From a virus: a stretch of DNA of 16,051 nt. Of this stretch, positions 4,453 through 12,460 are shown piece after piece (the first letter of the stretch is position 1; every line of letters starts with the position of its first letter). The DNA lies in the IMG/VR virus record IMGVR_UViG_3300045988_070369; one strand, given 5' to 3'. A program made the position numbers and the translations under genes. The notes below the pieces were generated by a model. It made no database searches. It worked only from the letters and a program-made list of their open reading frames with translations, and had not been told where the DNA came from.

Positions 4453-5894
4453 CCATGCTCATGCGCGGAGGAACGAAACGCGACGAAACGCGGCCGACCG
4501 ACGGCGCGATCGTCGCACGGACTGCCGAGATGCTCGGCAAACCGCTGCTGCCATGGCAACGCTACGTGGCCGACGTCGCCGGCGAGATCGACCCGGCCAC
4601 CGGAACGTACTATTACGACCGCGTGGTGCTTTCCACGCCGCGCCAGTGCGGCAAGAGCACGCTGATCGATACCGAGGACACACGCAACGCTCTGCTCGGC
4701 CCAGACCGGAAGATCTATTACCTCGCGCAGACCGGCAAGGACGCCGAGAAACATTTCAAGGACTTCGTGCAGCAGCTCTCGAAATCCGCGCTTGCCCCGT
4801 TCGCGCTCCGTCCTCGACTCTCGAACGGCGGAATGGAACAACGTTTCCGCAACGGCAGCTTCATCTGCCCATTGGCCGTGACCAAGGTGGCCGGCCATGG
4901 CACGCAGATGGACAAATTCACCATCGACGAGGCATTCAGCCTGGACGACGAGACCGGCAAACTGATCCTCGACGGCATGGCACCGACCATGAACACGAGA
5001 CTGCACTTCACCGGCGTCCAGCCCCAGATCTGGATAACCTCGACCGAAGGCACCGCAGATTCCACGTTCCTCAACGGCCTGCTCGACTCCTTCCGTGCCG
5101 GAAACGTGCCCACACGCACATGCTGGTTCGATTTCGGCATCCCCGACGACGCCGACCCCGAGGACTTCCAGACGATCCTGAAATGGCATCCCGCCGCCGG
5201 CCTGCTCTGGGACATCCGCCAATTGCGCGACTTCCGCGAACAGTTCGCCGGCAACGAGGCCGGCTGGGCGCGCGCCTTCGGCAACCGGCGAGACAACGGA
5301 GTGGCCGAACGCATCATCCCCGACCAGCTGTGGCAATCCACGTTGGCCACGCCGGTCACACCGGATCGGATCGACGGCCGACCCGTGGTGATAGCCGCCG
5401 CCGTGGACGTGGACGCCACGAACACGTCAGTCTCCGCCGCGATCGTCAACACGGACGGCACCGTGACCGTGCAATTACTCGAAGTCCTGGACGGCACCGG
5501 CATGGCACCCGCCGAGATCACGAGAATCTGCGACACCTACCACGCTCCCCTGGTCATGGACTGCAAGGGACCAAACGCCGACCTGCACGACCGGCTCGCA
5601 TCCATGACCGACGAAGCCGGCGACCCACTGATCGAACTGATCGCCATGCAATCATCCGACTACCTCGCAGTCGGCCAGGCATTCGTCAGCGGTCTGCGGA
5701 ACCGGCTGATTCGCCATGCCGCCGATACCGAGCTCGACGCAAGCGCGGCCAGCTGCGCGAGGACATGGAGCGGCGACGCATGGCGCGTCACACGGCGTGG
5801 CAGCACCGGGCTGACCTCGCCGATCGAATCATGCATGTTGGCGGCGTGGGGAGCGCATCACCTGCCATCTGACGGCACGTTGCAAATCTTCTGA
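4449..5894 (+). CDS. terL: Terminase large subunit
   Basis: LLPWQRYV, then Walker A STPRQCGKST, Walker B-like KFTIDEAF, and a C-terminal nuclease-like region (VVIAAAVDVD...). Start is GTG 4449 or ATG 4455. The track start at 4359 lies inside terS. Confidence 0.95.
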   Translation: MTMLMRGGTKRDETRPTDGAIVARTAEMLGKPLLPWQRYVADVAGEIDPATGTYYYDRVVLSTPRQCGKSTLIDTEDTRNALLGPDRKIYYLAQTGKDAEKHFKDFVQQLSKSALAPFALRPRLSNGGMEQRFRNGSFICPLAVTKVAGHGTQMDKFTIDEAFSLDDETGKLILDGMAPTMNTRLHFTGVQPQIWITSTEGTADSTFLNGLLDSFRAGNVPTRTCWFDFGIPDDADPEDFQTILKWHPAAGLLWDIRQLRDFREQFAGNEAGWARAFGNRRDNGVAERIIPDQLWQSTLATPVTPDRIDGRPVVIAAAVDVDATNTSVSAAIVNTDGTVTVQLLEVLDGTGMAPAEITRICDTYHAPLVMDCKGPNADLHDRLASMTDEAGDPLIELIAMQSSDYLAVGQAFVSGLRNRLIRHAADTELDASAASCARTWSGDAWRVTRRGSTGLTSPIESCMLAAWGAHHLPSDGTLQIF

Positions 5895-5896
5895 CG

Positions 5897-5951
5897 TGTC
5901 ACCGTTTGTCACTGAATGTCACCGTTTGTCACTGAATGTCACCGTTTTTTT
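5897..5951. repeat. Five TGTCAC hexamers at exact 10-bp spacing (20-bp unit TGTCACCGTTTGTCACTGAA x2.6), ending in a T7 run
   Basis: TGTCAC at 5897, 5907, 5917, 5927 and 5937. T-run at 5945-5951. The array begins 3 nt after the terL stop, in the 92-bp gap before the portal gene. Confidence 0.92.
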
Positions 5952-5986
5952 GGCCATGACGTGCCGCCGCGCATAATCTCGGCGTC

Positions 5987-7090
5987 ATGAATCTTTGGAA
6001 ACGAATGAAGCTCGCCGGCCGAGTGCTCACGCGCGGCGCGGACGGCACGGACATGCCGGACGGCATCAAGCCGCCGAAACGGGGGCCGGCCACCGAACCG
6101 TTGCAACTCTCAACCGTATTCCGTGGCGTGCAAGTGCTTCAGACCGCCATCACCGGACTCCCGATCGTGGAACAGCGCGGCGGCCGTGACCTGCCGGACG
6201 TGAGCCCCATGGTGTTGCAGCCGGACGTCTCCCGTTCCCGCCGTGATTTCATCGCCGACATCGTGGCATCGCTCGTGCTCGACGGCAACGCCTTCACGCG
6301 CATCGTGCGCGATTGGAAAGGCGAGATCGTCACCTGCGAGATGCTGCCGCCGCAATACGTGACCGTCACCGACGAAAGCGACGACCCGGCACGCCCCGAT
6401 CTGCGGTTCTCCTATCTCGGCCATGCCTACACCACCGATGACGTCGTGCACAGCAAATTCCTCAACGTGCCCGGCCGACTGCGCGGACTCGGCCCCATCT
6501 CGGCGGCACGCGAGGAGATCGATGCCGCACAGCTCGCACGCGACTACAAGGCGAAGTTCTTCACGGACGGCTCGAACCTCAAGGGCTATCTGCGCACATC
6601 AGAGAACATCACACAGGAAGCCGCGCAGCAGGCAAAGGCATCATGGAAGGCGTCGGGCGAGGCCGGCGACATCAAGGTAGTCGGCAAGAACCTGGAATAC
6701 GTGCCGCTCTCACTTAAGCCAGCAGACTTGCAGTTTCTTGAGACTCAAAAGTTCGATACCACGCAGATCGCCCGTCTGCTCGGCATCCCGGCAAGCATCA
6801 TGCTCGCCGCCGTCGATGGCTCGAACCTCACCTACAGCAACATCGAACAGTCGTGGATCGAGTTCGCCGACTACACGCTGGCCGCCTACACCGGCGAGAT
6901 CGAAGAGATCTTCAACCGTCTGCTGCCGCGCGGCCGGACCGCGAAGTTCGACTGGGACAGCTCGCAGCGCGCGAACATGAGCGACCGCTACACGGCCTAC
7001 AAGACAGCCATCGAGGCCGGTTTCCTCACCGTCGATGACGTGAGACGCAAGGAAGGACTGCCTGCACTCGGAAAGGAAGAAGACCAATGA
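5987..7090 (+). CDS. Portal protein (HK97 family)
   Basis: Position after terL. LLGIPASIMLAAVDGSNLTYSNIEQSWIEFADYTL...FDWDS is typical of the Phage_portal (HK97-type) C-terminal half. No SD before ATG 5987; the alternative is ATG 6005. Confidence 0.93.
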   Translation: MNLWKRMKLAGRVLTRGADGTDMPDGIKPPKRGPATEPLQLSTVFRGVQVLQTAITGLPIVEQRGGRDLPDVSPMVLQPDVSRSRRDFIADIVASLVLDGNAFTRIVRDWKGEIVTCEMLPPQYVTVTDESDDPARPDLRFSYLGHAYTTDDVVHSKFLNVPGRLRGLGPISAAREEIDAAQLARDYKAKFFTDGSNLKGYLRTSENITQEAAQQAKASWKASGEAGDIKVVGKNLEYVPLSLKPADLQFLETQKFDTTQIARLLGIPASIMLAAVDGSNLTYSNIEQSWIEFADYTLAAYTGEIEEIFNRLLPRGRTAKFDWDSSQRANMSDRYTAYKTAIEAGFLTVDDVRRKEGLPALGKEEDQ

Positions 7091-8643
7091 ACATCGAGAA
7101 ACGCACCATCGCATGGAAGGGCCTGACACTCCGCTCCGCCGACGACGAGGGCACAACCTCCGTCGAGGGCGTAGCCGTGCCGTTCGGCGACATCATCGAC
7201 ACATGGGACGGAGCCGAGACCTTCGACCGAGAATGCGAGTTCCAGGGACTTGACGAGGCGAAACTGTGCTTCGAGCACGGCGAGACCATCGGCCGCATCA
7301 CCAAAGCGGAAAGCACGGACGACGGACTGCACATCACCGCGCGGATCAGCGACACGGCACGAGGCCGCGACGCCATGACCCTGATCCGTGACGGCGTGCT
7401 CGACAGCTTCTCGGTCGGTTTCATTCCGATCGAATCGCAGAAGGACCGCGACGGCATCACCCACCGCCGCAAGGTCCGCCTGCTTGAGACCAGCATCGTG
7501 AGCTGGCCAGCCTACCAGAACGCGAAAATGACCAAATCAGCGGCACCAGCCGTGCAACAAAGGAAGGAAACCATGGAGAACAACAACGAACTGATGGACC
7601 TGATACAGTCCATGCAGGAGGAACAGCGCGGCATCAAGGCCGAGATCAGCAAGATGTGCGCGAAACCGGCGCCGGCTGCCATCGGCGCGGCGTACCGGAG
7701 CCACGGCGAATACATGCAGGCCCTCGCGCGAGGCGACGAACAGGCCATGACCGTGATGAAGGAATGCCGCGAACTGATTTCCACCAAGGACACCGGCAAC
7801 ACCGCCACCTGGATCGCCGATGATCTCAAACTGATAGAGGACCGCCGCAAGGTCTCCCAGCTCCTGACCCATGACACGCTCCCGGCGACCGGCATGAGCA
7901 TGGAATATCATGTCGTGACCTCCGACACCACAGCCGTCGGCAAACAGGAGACGGAAGGCTCAGAACTTTCCTTCGGAAAAGTCGCCTTCGGCACCAAGAC
8001 AGCCGACATCAACACCTACGGCGGCTACACCACCCTATCCCGCCAGACCATCGAACGGTCAACCACTCCGATGCTCAACACCGCGCTCACCGCATTGCAG
8101 AACGCCTACGCGAAGGCCACCGAGAAGGCAGTCCGCGACCACCTGTACGAGGAGATCAAGGCTCAGCGCGACGCATCCTCTAACGCCAACAAGATCGACG
8201 CGCCACAGTTGGCCAACATGACCATCGACGATTGGGTGTCACTCATCATCGACGCGTCCGAACTGGCCGACGACCGCAACGTGTCGCTGACACGCCTCGC
8301 GGTCTCCAAGGACGTGCTCAAGGCACTGGTGAAACTCAAGGACACCGGCGACCGGTTCTTCAACCTCAGCGGAGACGGATCGGACACCATCGGAAGTTTC
8401 GACCTGACCGGCGTGGCCGGCACGTTCATGCGCGTCCCTGTCGTGCTGCTGCCGAACGCCGGTGCCGGACTGGCCAGCTTCATCGACCCCGCCTCCGTGA
8501 CCGTCTGGGAGTCCGGCGGCCCGGCGCAGCTGACGGACGGGGACGTGACCGGCCTGACAAACTCCTACAGCGTCTACGGATACATGGCCGTGGCCACGAC
8601 CCATGCCGACGGCCTGATTCCGGTGAAGTTCGCCACGGCATGA
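7087..8643 (+). CDS. Prohead (capsid maturation) protease fused in-frame to an HK97-fold major capsid protein
   Basis: - N-terminal ~160 aa carry S78/U35-type motifs (LCFEHGETIG with His, DSFSVGF with Ser).
- This is followed by a coiled-coil scaffold-like segment (NNELMDLIQSMQEEQRGIKAEISKM).
- The Phage_capsid-like body follows (GMSMEYHVV...GSELSFGKVAF...YGGYTTLSRQTIERS).
- It is a single ORF of 518 codons. Confidence 0.9.
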   Translation: MNIEKRTIAWKGLTLRSADDEGTTSVEGVAVPFGDIIDTWDGAETFDRECEFQGLDEAKLCFEHGETIGRITKAESTDDGLHITARISDTARGRDAMTLIRDGVLDSFSVGFIPIESQKDRDGITHRRKVRLLETSIVSWPAYQNAKMTKSAAPAVQQRKETMENNNELMDLIQSMQEEQRGIKAEISKMCAKPAPAAIGAAYRSHGEYMQALARGDEQAMTVMKECRELISTKDTGNTATWIADDLKLIEDRRKVSQLLTHDTLPATGMSMEYHVVTSDTTAVGKQETEGSELSFGKVAFGTKTADINTYGGYTTLSRQTIERSTTPMLNTALTALQNAYAKATEKAVRDHLYEEIKAQRDASSNANKIDAPQLANMTIDDWVSLIIDASELADDRNVSLTRLAVSKDVLKALVKLKDTGDRFFNLSGDGSDTIGSFDLTGVAGTFMRVPVVLLPNAGAGLASFIDPASVTVWESGGPAQLTDGDVTGLTNSYSVYGYMAVATTHADGLIPVKFATA

Positions 8644-8972
8644 TGTTCGATGACAACACCCTGCTGCAACGACTACGCGACGAGGTAGGAGTCCCGGCCG
8701 GAGAGGAAGACCGGCTCACGGTCAAACTCTCGGCGGCGAAACGATACGTCGCGCACGCGGTCGGCACCGCCACCGTGGACGACGATCTGCTGGCCGACTG
8801 CATCGTCTCCTGCGCTGCCGACCTGTTCAACATGCGCGACGCCCGCCTCGGCGTCATGGACGTTGGCGACTCGACCGTGGAACCATTCAGAATCTCCACC
8901 GACCCGCTCCGCTCAGTCTGGCCGAAACTCCGCGCCGCCGGCGTGCTGACCGGGGGAATGGTGATCGCATGA
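8640..8972 (+). CDS. Head-tail adaptor/connector (gp6-like)
   Basis: ATG 8640 overlaps the capsid stop. 110 aa. LTVKLSAAKRYVAHAVG...DDDLLADCIVSCAADLFN resembles Phage_connect_1-type adaptors. Position immediately after the capsid gene. Confidence 0.7.
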   Translation: MMFDDNTLLQRLRDEVGVPAGEEDRLTVKLSAAKRYVAHAVGTATVDDDLLADCIVSCAADLFNMRDARLGVMDVGDSTVEPFRISTDPLRSVWPKLRAAGVLTGGMVIA

Positions 8973-9337
8973 ACATCCAGGAACAACGCACCGCCCTCAT
9001 GGACACGCTCGCCGACATGCTCGACGGGCTCGTCAGCAGCATCAGCATCGACGCCCAACTAGTACGCCCCGCCGCCGGCAAGGTGGCCGTGTTCATCGAA
9101 CCTCCGACCGTGGAATGGCCGTCATGGGGCCCACCAGAACCGGTCTGGACTTTGGACGTCATCGCCGGCACGCCGGCCACGCAGCCATCCGCAGTCGATG
9201 ACATCCTCACAGCGCTCGACAGACTCGCCGAACGTGGACTGAACATCCAGAAGGCCACGCCAGCAACATGGAACCTCGCAGGAGCCGGCACGCTGGCGGC
9301 ATACCAGGTCACGTTGAACGCCCTGGAAACCGAATAA
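8969..9337 (+). CDS. Head-tail joining protein (stopper/tail-terminator-like), 122 aa
   Basis: ATGA overlap with the upstream gene. Position between the adaptor and the major tail protein. The call is from synteny only. Confidence 0.5.
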   Translation: MNIQEQRTALMDTLADMLDGLVSSISIDAQLVRPAAGKVAVFIEPPTVEWPSWGPPEPVWTLDVIAGTPATQPSAVDDILTALDRLAERGLNIQKATPATWNLAGAGTLAAYQVTLNALETE

Positions 9338-9358
9338 GACAAGGAAAGGAAAACAATC

Positions 9359-9772
9359 ATGGCTGGAAAGATCCGCACGCTCGGACCAGGCATCTTCAAA
9401 ATCACCGACACCGCAAACGGCAGGGACTTCAGCGCCGACCTGACCAAGGCGCAATTGAACCCGTCGAACAGCAGCGACGACCCGACGACGTTCCTGGACG
9501 GTTCCGAGGAAACGAACACCACGACCACGTGGACGTTCGAGGGCACCGTCGGCGACGACTTCAGCGAGGACGGTCTGGCCGTCTGGCTCTTCGACCACAA
9601 GGGCGAGACGCTGCCGGCCCAGTTCGTCCCGAACACGAACGGCAAGATCCAGTGGACCTTCAACGTCACCATCGCGCCAATCGCCATCGGCGGCGACGTC
9701 AAATCGAAGAACACGAACGATCTGAGCTTCGCCGTCACGAACGTCGCCCACACACCGCACACGGGCAAGTGA
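9359..9772 (+). CDS. Major tail protein, 137 aa
   Basis: Strong SD AAGGAAAGGAAAA and one of the few intergenic gaps before it, suggesting high expression. Position upstream of the chaperone/tape-measure block. Thr/Asn/Gly-rich, beta-type sequence. Confidence 0.65.
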   Translation: MAGKIRTLGPGIFKITDTANGRDFSADLTKAQLNPSNSSDDPTTFLDGSEETNTTTTWTFEGTVGDDFSEDGLAVWLFDHKGETLPAQFVPNTNGKIQWTFNVTIAPIAIGGDVKSKNTNDLSFAVTNVAHTPHTGK

Positions 9773-10155
9773 TGGCCGGCAAGGCATTGATGGTCGCCGG
9801 CCAGAAACGCTTCGTGCAGACGATGCGCAAGGCCGGCGCGGACATGGACGAGCTGAAGGAAGTGAACCGCGAGGCCGCGCAGATCGCACTGCCCGCCGTC
9901 CGCAACCTCGCCCCGCGAGGCAAGACCGGCCGGCTGGCCGGCAGCCTGCGTGTCGGAGCGACGAAACGCGCCGGCGTCATCCGCGCCGGCCGCAAGGCCG
10001 TGCCATACGCGGGCCCAATCAATTACGGCTGGCCGAAACGGCACATCCGGCCACGGCTCTTCGTCAACAACGGCGTCGCCTCCACCGAGAGCCAATGGCA
10101 AAAGGTCTACAAGGACTTCATAGACAAGACACTGAACCAAGTGAAAGGAAAATGA
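9772..10155 (+). CDS. HK97 gp10-family head-tail/tail-completion protein, 127 aa
   Basis: ATG 9772 overlaps the MTP stop (TGATG). AAQIALPAVRNLAPRGKTGRLAGSLRVGATKRAGVIRAGRKAVPYAGPINYG fits the gp10-family pattern A..I...A+..AP..TG.L..S(I/L)...........(V)PYA..(V/I).(F/Y)G. The track start at 9268 is off-frame read-in. Confidence 0.75.
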   Translation: MAGKALMVAGQKRFVQTMRKAGADMDELKEVNREAAQIALPAVRNLAPRGKTGRLAGSLRVGATKRAGVIRAGRKAVPYAGPINYGWPKRHIRPRLFVNNGVASTESQWQKVYKDFIDKTLNQVKGK

Positions 10156-10156
10156 C

Positions 10157-10429
10157 ATGGCAACCACCCGCATCACCTACACGGACGGGACCAGCGAGCT
10201 CGTGCCGATCACCATGCGCGCCACCTGCAAGGCCGAGGCGCACGCCATCGAGGCCGGCTGGGGCCCCATCACCCAGTCACCCGTCCGTTCCGGAGCCTAC
10301 GCGGCCTACGCGGCCCTGCGCATGGCCGGCCACAATCTGCCCGACTTCGAGCATTGGCTGGACACCGTGGCGTCCTTTGACCTCGCGGCCGCGAGGGAGG
10401 AGACGGAAGAGGGAAACCCTACGGACTAG
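10157..10429 (+). CDS. Tail assembly chaperone (G-like), 90 aa
   Basis: Position directly upstream of the tape measure. Acidic C-terminus. Contains a slippery heptamer near its 3' end. Confidence 0.75.
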   Translation: MATTRITYTDGTSELVPITMRATCKAEAHAIEAGWGPITQSPVRSGAYAAYAALRMAGHNLPDFEHWLDTVASFDLAAAREETEEGNPTD

Positions 10430-10587
10430 CCGCGTGGCCCCAAGACTCGCTCGGCCGTCTCTCGTTCCTCCTGGCAAGCCGTTTCGGCGGCACGCCATGG
10501 CAATGGCGCAACGAGGCCGATGAAGCCGATTGGGGCACCGGCATCGCCGCGCTTCTCAAGGAAGCGGAAGAAACACGGAAGGAGTGA
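10157..10587 (+). CDS. Tail assembly chaperone G-T frameshift product (-1 shift at 10411-10417)
   Basis: Hand translation of the -1 frame after the slip: GKPYGLAAWPQDSLGRLSFLLASRFGGTPWQWRNEADEADWGTGIAALLKEAEETRKE, ending 3 nt before the tape-measure ATG. This is the canonical G/GT arrangement of siphoviruses. Confidence 0.7.
10411..10417 (+). promoter_or_regulatory. Programmed -1 ribosomal frameshift slippery heptamer G_GGA_AAC
   Basis: GGGAAAC sits in X_XXY_YYZ register in the zero frame (codons GAG GGA AAC), 10 nt before the zero-frame stop TAG (10427-10429). The -1 frame is open from here to TGA at 10585-10587. Confidence 0.75.
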
Positions 10588-10590
10588 ACC

Positions 10591-12459
10591 ATGGCGCACA
10601 GCGCGATCATGAGCGTGCGCATCACCGGCAACGCCGATGATGCCATCAAGGCGTTCGAGAAGACCACCACGAAGGCGGCCGCTTTCGGCAGCGCCATCGG
10701 CGGATTGGCCGTCAAGGGCGTGACCGCGCTGTGGGACACGGTGAAGGGCTTCGCCGGCGACGTGGTGAACATGTCGGACAGCACCGACAAGTTCATGAAC
10801 ACCATGAGCTTCGCCGGCATCGACACCAAAGCCGTGCAGGCAGCAGCGAAGGAAACACGCAAATACGCCGACGCCACCGTGTACGGCCTCGATGACATCC
10901 AGAACACCACCGCGCAGCTCGCGGCAAACGGCATCGGCAACTACATGGAACTGACCGAAGCCGCCGGAAACCTCAACGCCGTCGCCGGAGGCAACGCCGA
11001 CAGTTTCAAAAGCGTCGCGATGATGCTCACCCAGACCGCCGGCGCGGGAAAATTAACCACCGAGAACTGGAACCAGCTCGCCGACGCCATCCCGGGCGCG
11101 TCCGGAAAACTCCAGGAGGCGCTGCTGAAGAACGGCGCGTACACGGGCAACTTCCGCGATGCCATGGCGGACGGCCAGATCACCGCCGACGAGTTCAACC
11201 AGGCATTGATGGACCTCGGCATGACCGACGTGGCGAAACAGGCCGCGACATCGACCAGCACCATCGAAGGCGCGATGGGAAACCTCGAAGCAGCCGTCAC
11301 CGGCGGCCTGGCCGACGCCTTCAACCTCTTCAAACCGGCCGTCACAGGCGGCATCAACGCGGCCGCGACGGCAGTCACCAACCTCGCGCAGACCGGCACG
11401 CAGGGATTGCAGACGTTCTTCACACAGGTCAAGGACACCGGAGCGTTCACCGCCTTGCAGACGGCCGCGCAGTCGGTCGGCGGCGGAATGCAATCGCTCT
11501 GGGACGGAATCATGAACGTCGTGAACGCCATGACCGGAGGACAACCGGCCGGCGTGGCCTTCGGCAACATGCTCAACGCCGTCGCCACGGCAGCGCAGAC
11601 GGTCGGCGGCTGGCTGAAGACCGCCGGCAACTGGATCAGTCAGAATCTGGATCTTGTGACCCCTCTCGTGGCCGCGGTCGGCGGAGCCGTCGCAGTCGTC
11701 ACCGCCGTTACCACGGCCATGCAGCTGGCCGCGGCCGCACAGGCGCTGCTCAACGCGGTCATGGCCGCGAACCCGATCATGCTGGTCATCACGCTCATCG
11801 CAGCGCTCGTGGCCGGACTCACCTACTTCTTCACCTGCACCAACACCGGCAAGGCCGTCTGGTCGAGCTTCACCGGCTTCCTTGGCTCCTGCGTGCAGGG
11901 CATCATCGGCTTCTTCTCCGGTCTCGGCTCCACCATCGTCAACATCTTCAACTCGGCCGCGAACGGCGCCAGGAACGCGTGGAACGGCGTAGTCAGCTGG
12001 TTCCGCGGACTGCCCGGCTCCATAGTCGGGTTCTTCGGCAACGCCGGCAGCATCCTGTACAACGCCGGCGCAAGCATCATCAGCGGATTCCTCAACGGCC
12101 TCAAATCGATGTGGAGCAACGTGACCGGCTGGATCAGCGGCATCGGCGACTGGATCAAGGCCCACAAAGGCCCGATCAGCTACGACCGTCGCCTGCTCAT
12201 CCCCGCCGGCCAGGCCATCATGACCGGCTTCGCACAGGGCCTCAACACCGGGTTCGACAGCAACGTCGAAACCGCTATCAGCCGCGCCAACCGCAGACTT
12301 GCGGCCATGCCGCTCAACCTCTCCGCCCAGGGCAACACGGCCACGCCAGCCGTGGTCAACACCTGGAACGTGGAGATCAACGGCGAGGTCATCGACAAGG
12401 ACGGCACCGCCAAGGCCATCAGACGGCTCCTAGCCGACTACGACGCAAGGAGGTCATGA
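10591..12459 (+). CDS. Tail tape measure protein, 622 aa
   Basis: SD GGAAGGAG. Ala/Gly-rich helical repeats. Central hydrophobic block (LVAAVGGAVAVVTAVTTAMQLAAAAQALLNAVMAANPIMLVITLIAALVAGL). Position after G/GT. Confidence 0.93.
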   Translation: MAHSAIMSVRITGNADDAIKAFEKTTTKAAAFGSAIGGLAVKGVTALWDTVKGFAGDVVNMSDSTDKFMNTMSFAGIDTKAVQAAAKETRKYADATVYGLDDIQNTTAQLAANGIGNYMELTEAAGNLNAVAGGNADSFKSVAMMLTQTAGAGKLTTENWNQLADAIPGASGKLQEALLKNGAYTGNFRDAMADGQITADEFNQALMDLGMTDVAKQAATSTSTIEGAMGNLEAAVTGGLADAFNLFKPAVTGGINAAATAVTNLAQTGTQGLQTFFTQVKDTGAFTALQTAAQSVGGGMQSLWDGIMNVVNAMTGGQPAGVAFGNMLNAVATAAQTVGGWLKTAGNWISQNLDLVTPLVAAVGGAVAVVTAVTTAMQLAAAAQALLNAVMAANPIMLVITLIAALVAGLTYFFTCTNTGKAVWSSFTGFLGSCVQGIIGFFSGLGSTIVNIFNSAANGARNAWNGVVSWFRGLPGSIVGFFGNAGSILYNAGASIISGFLNGLKSMWSNVTGWISGIGDWIKAHKGPISYDRRLLIPAGQAIMTGFAQGLNTGFDSNVETAISRANRRLAAMPLNLSAQGNTATPAVVNTWNVEINGEVIDKDGTAKAIRRLLADYDARRS

Positions 12460-12460
12460 T

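Noticed and set aside
4553-5872. 439-aa plus-strand ORF overlapping terL in another frame. The same applies to 2407-2988, 3604-4035, 3647-4102, 8232-8639, 9268-9771 and 11979-12512.
   Set aside because: The products are extremely Arg/Pro/His-rich and low in complexity, there is no SD, and the ORFs overlap recognisable genes. These are typical off-frame open reading frames of GC-rich DNA.
5897-5951. The TGTCAC repeat array as a CRISPR array or a rho-independent terminator
   Set aside because: The units are 10/20 bp with no unique spacers, so it is not a CRISPR array. The T7 run is not preceded by any inverted repeat, so it is not a classical intrinsic terminator.
5969-5994. dif/Xer-like site: GCGCATAAT resembles the XerC arm of E. 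coli dif. This raised the idea that the integrase-less phage exploits host XerCD.
   Set aside because: Only the XerC-arm-like half matches, and the downstream sequence (tctcggcgtcatgaatc) does not give a convincing XerD arm at the correct spacing. The actinobacterial dif consensus would have to be compared properly before making any claim.
8887-10176. Long minus-strand ORFs antisense to the late operon. The same applies to 4263-5336, 4718-5536, 10419-10940, 10941-11630, 11053-12165, 12454-13152 and 13186-13968.
   Set aside because: They mirror well-supported plus-strand structural genes, have no ribosome-binding sites and have skewed Ala/Gly/Arg/Ser composition. I treat them as antisense shadows.
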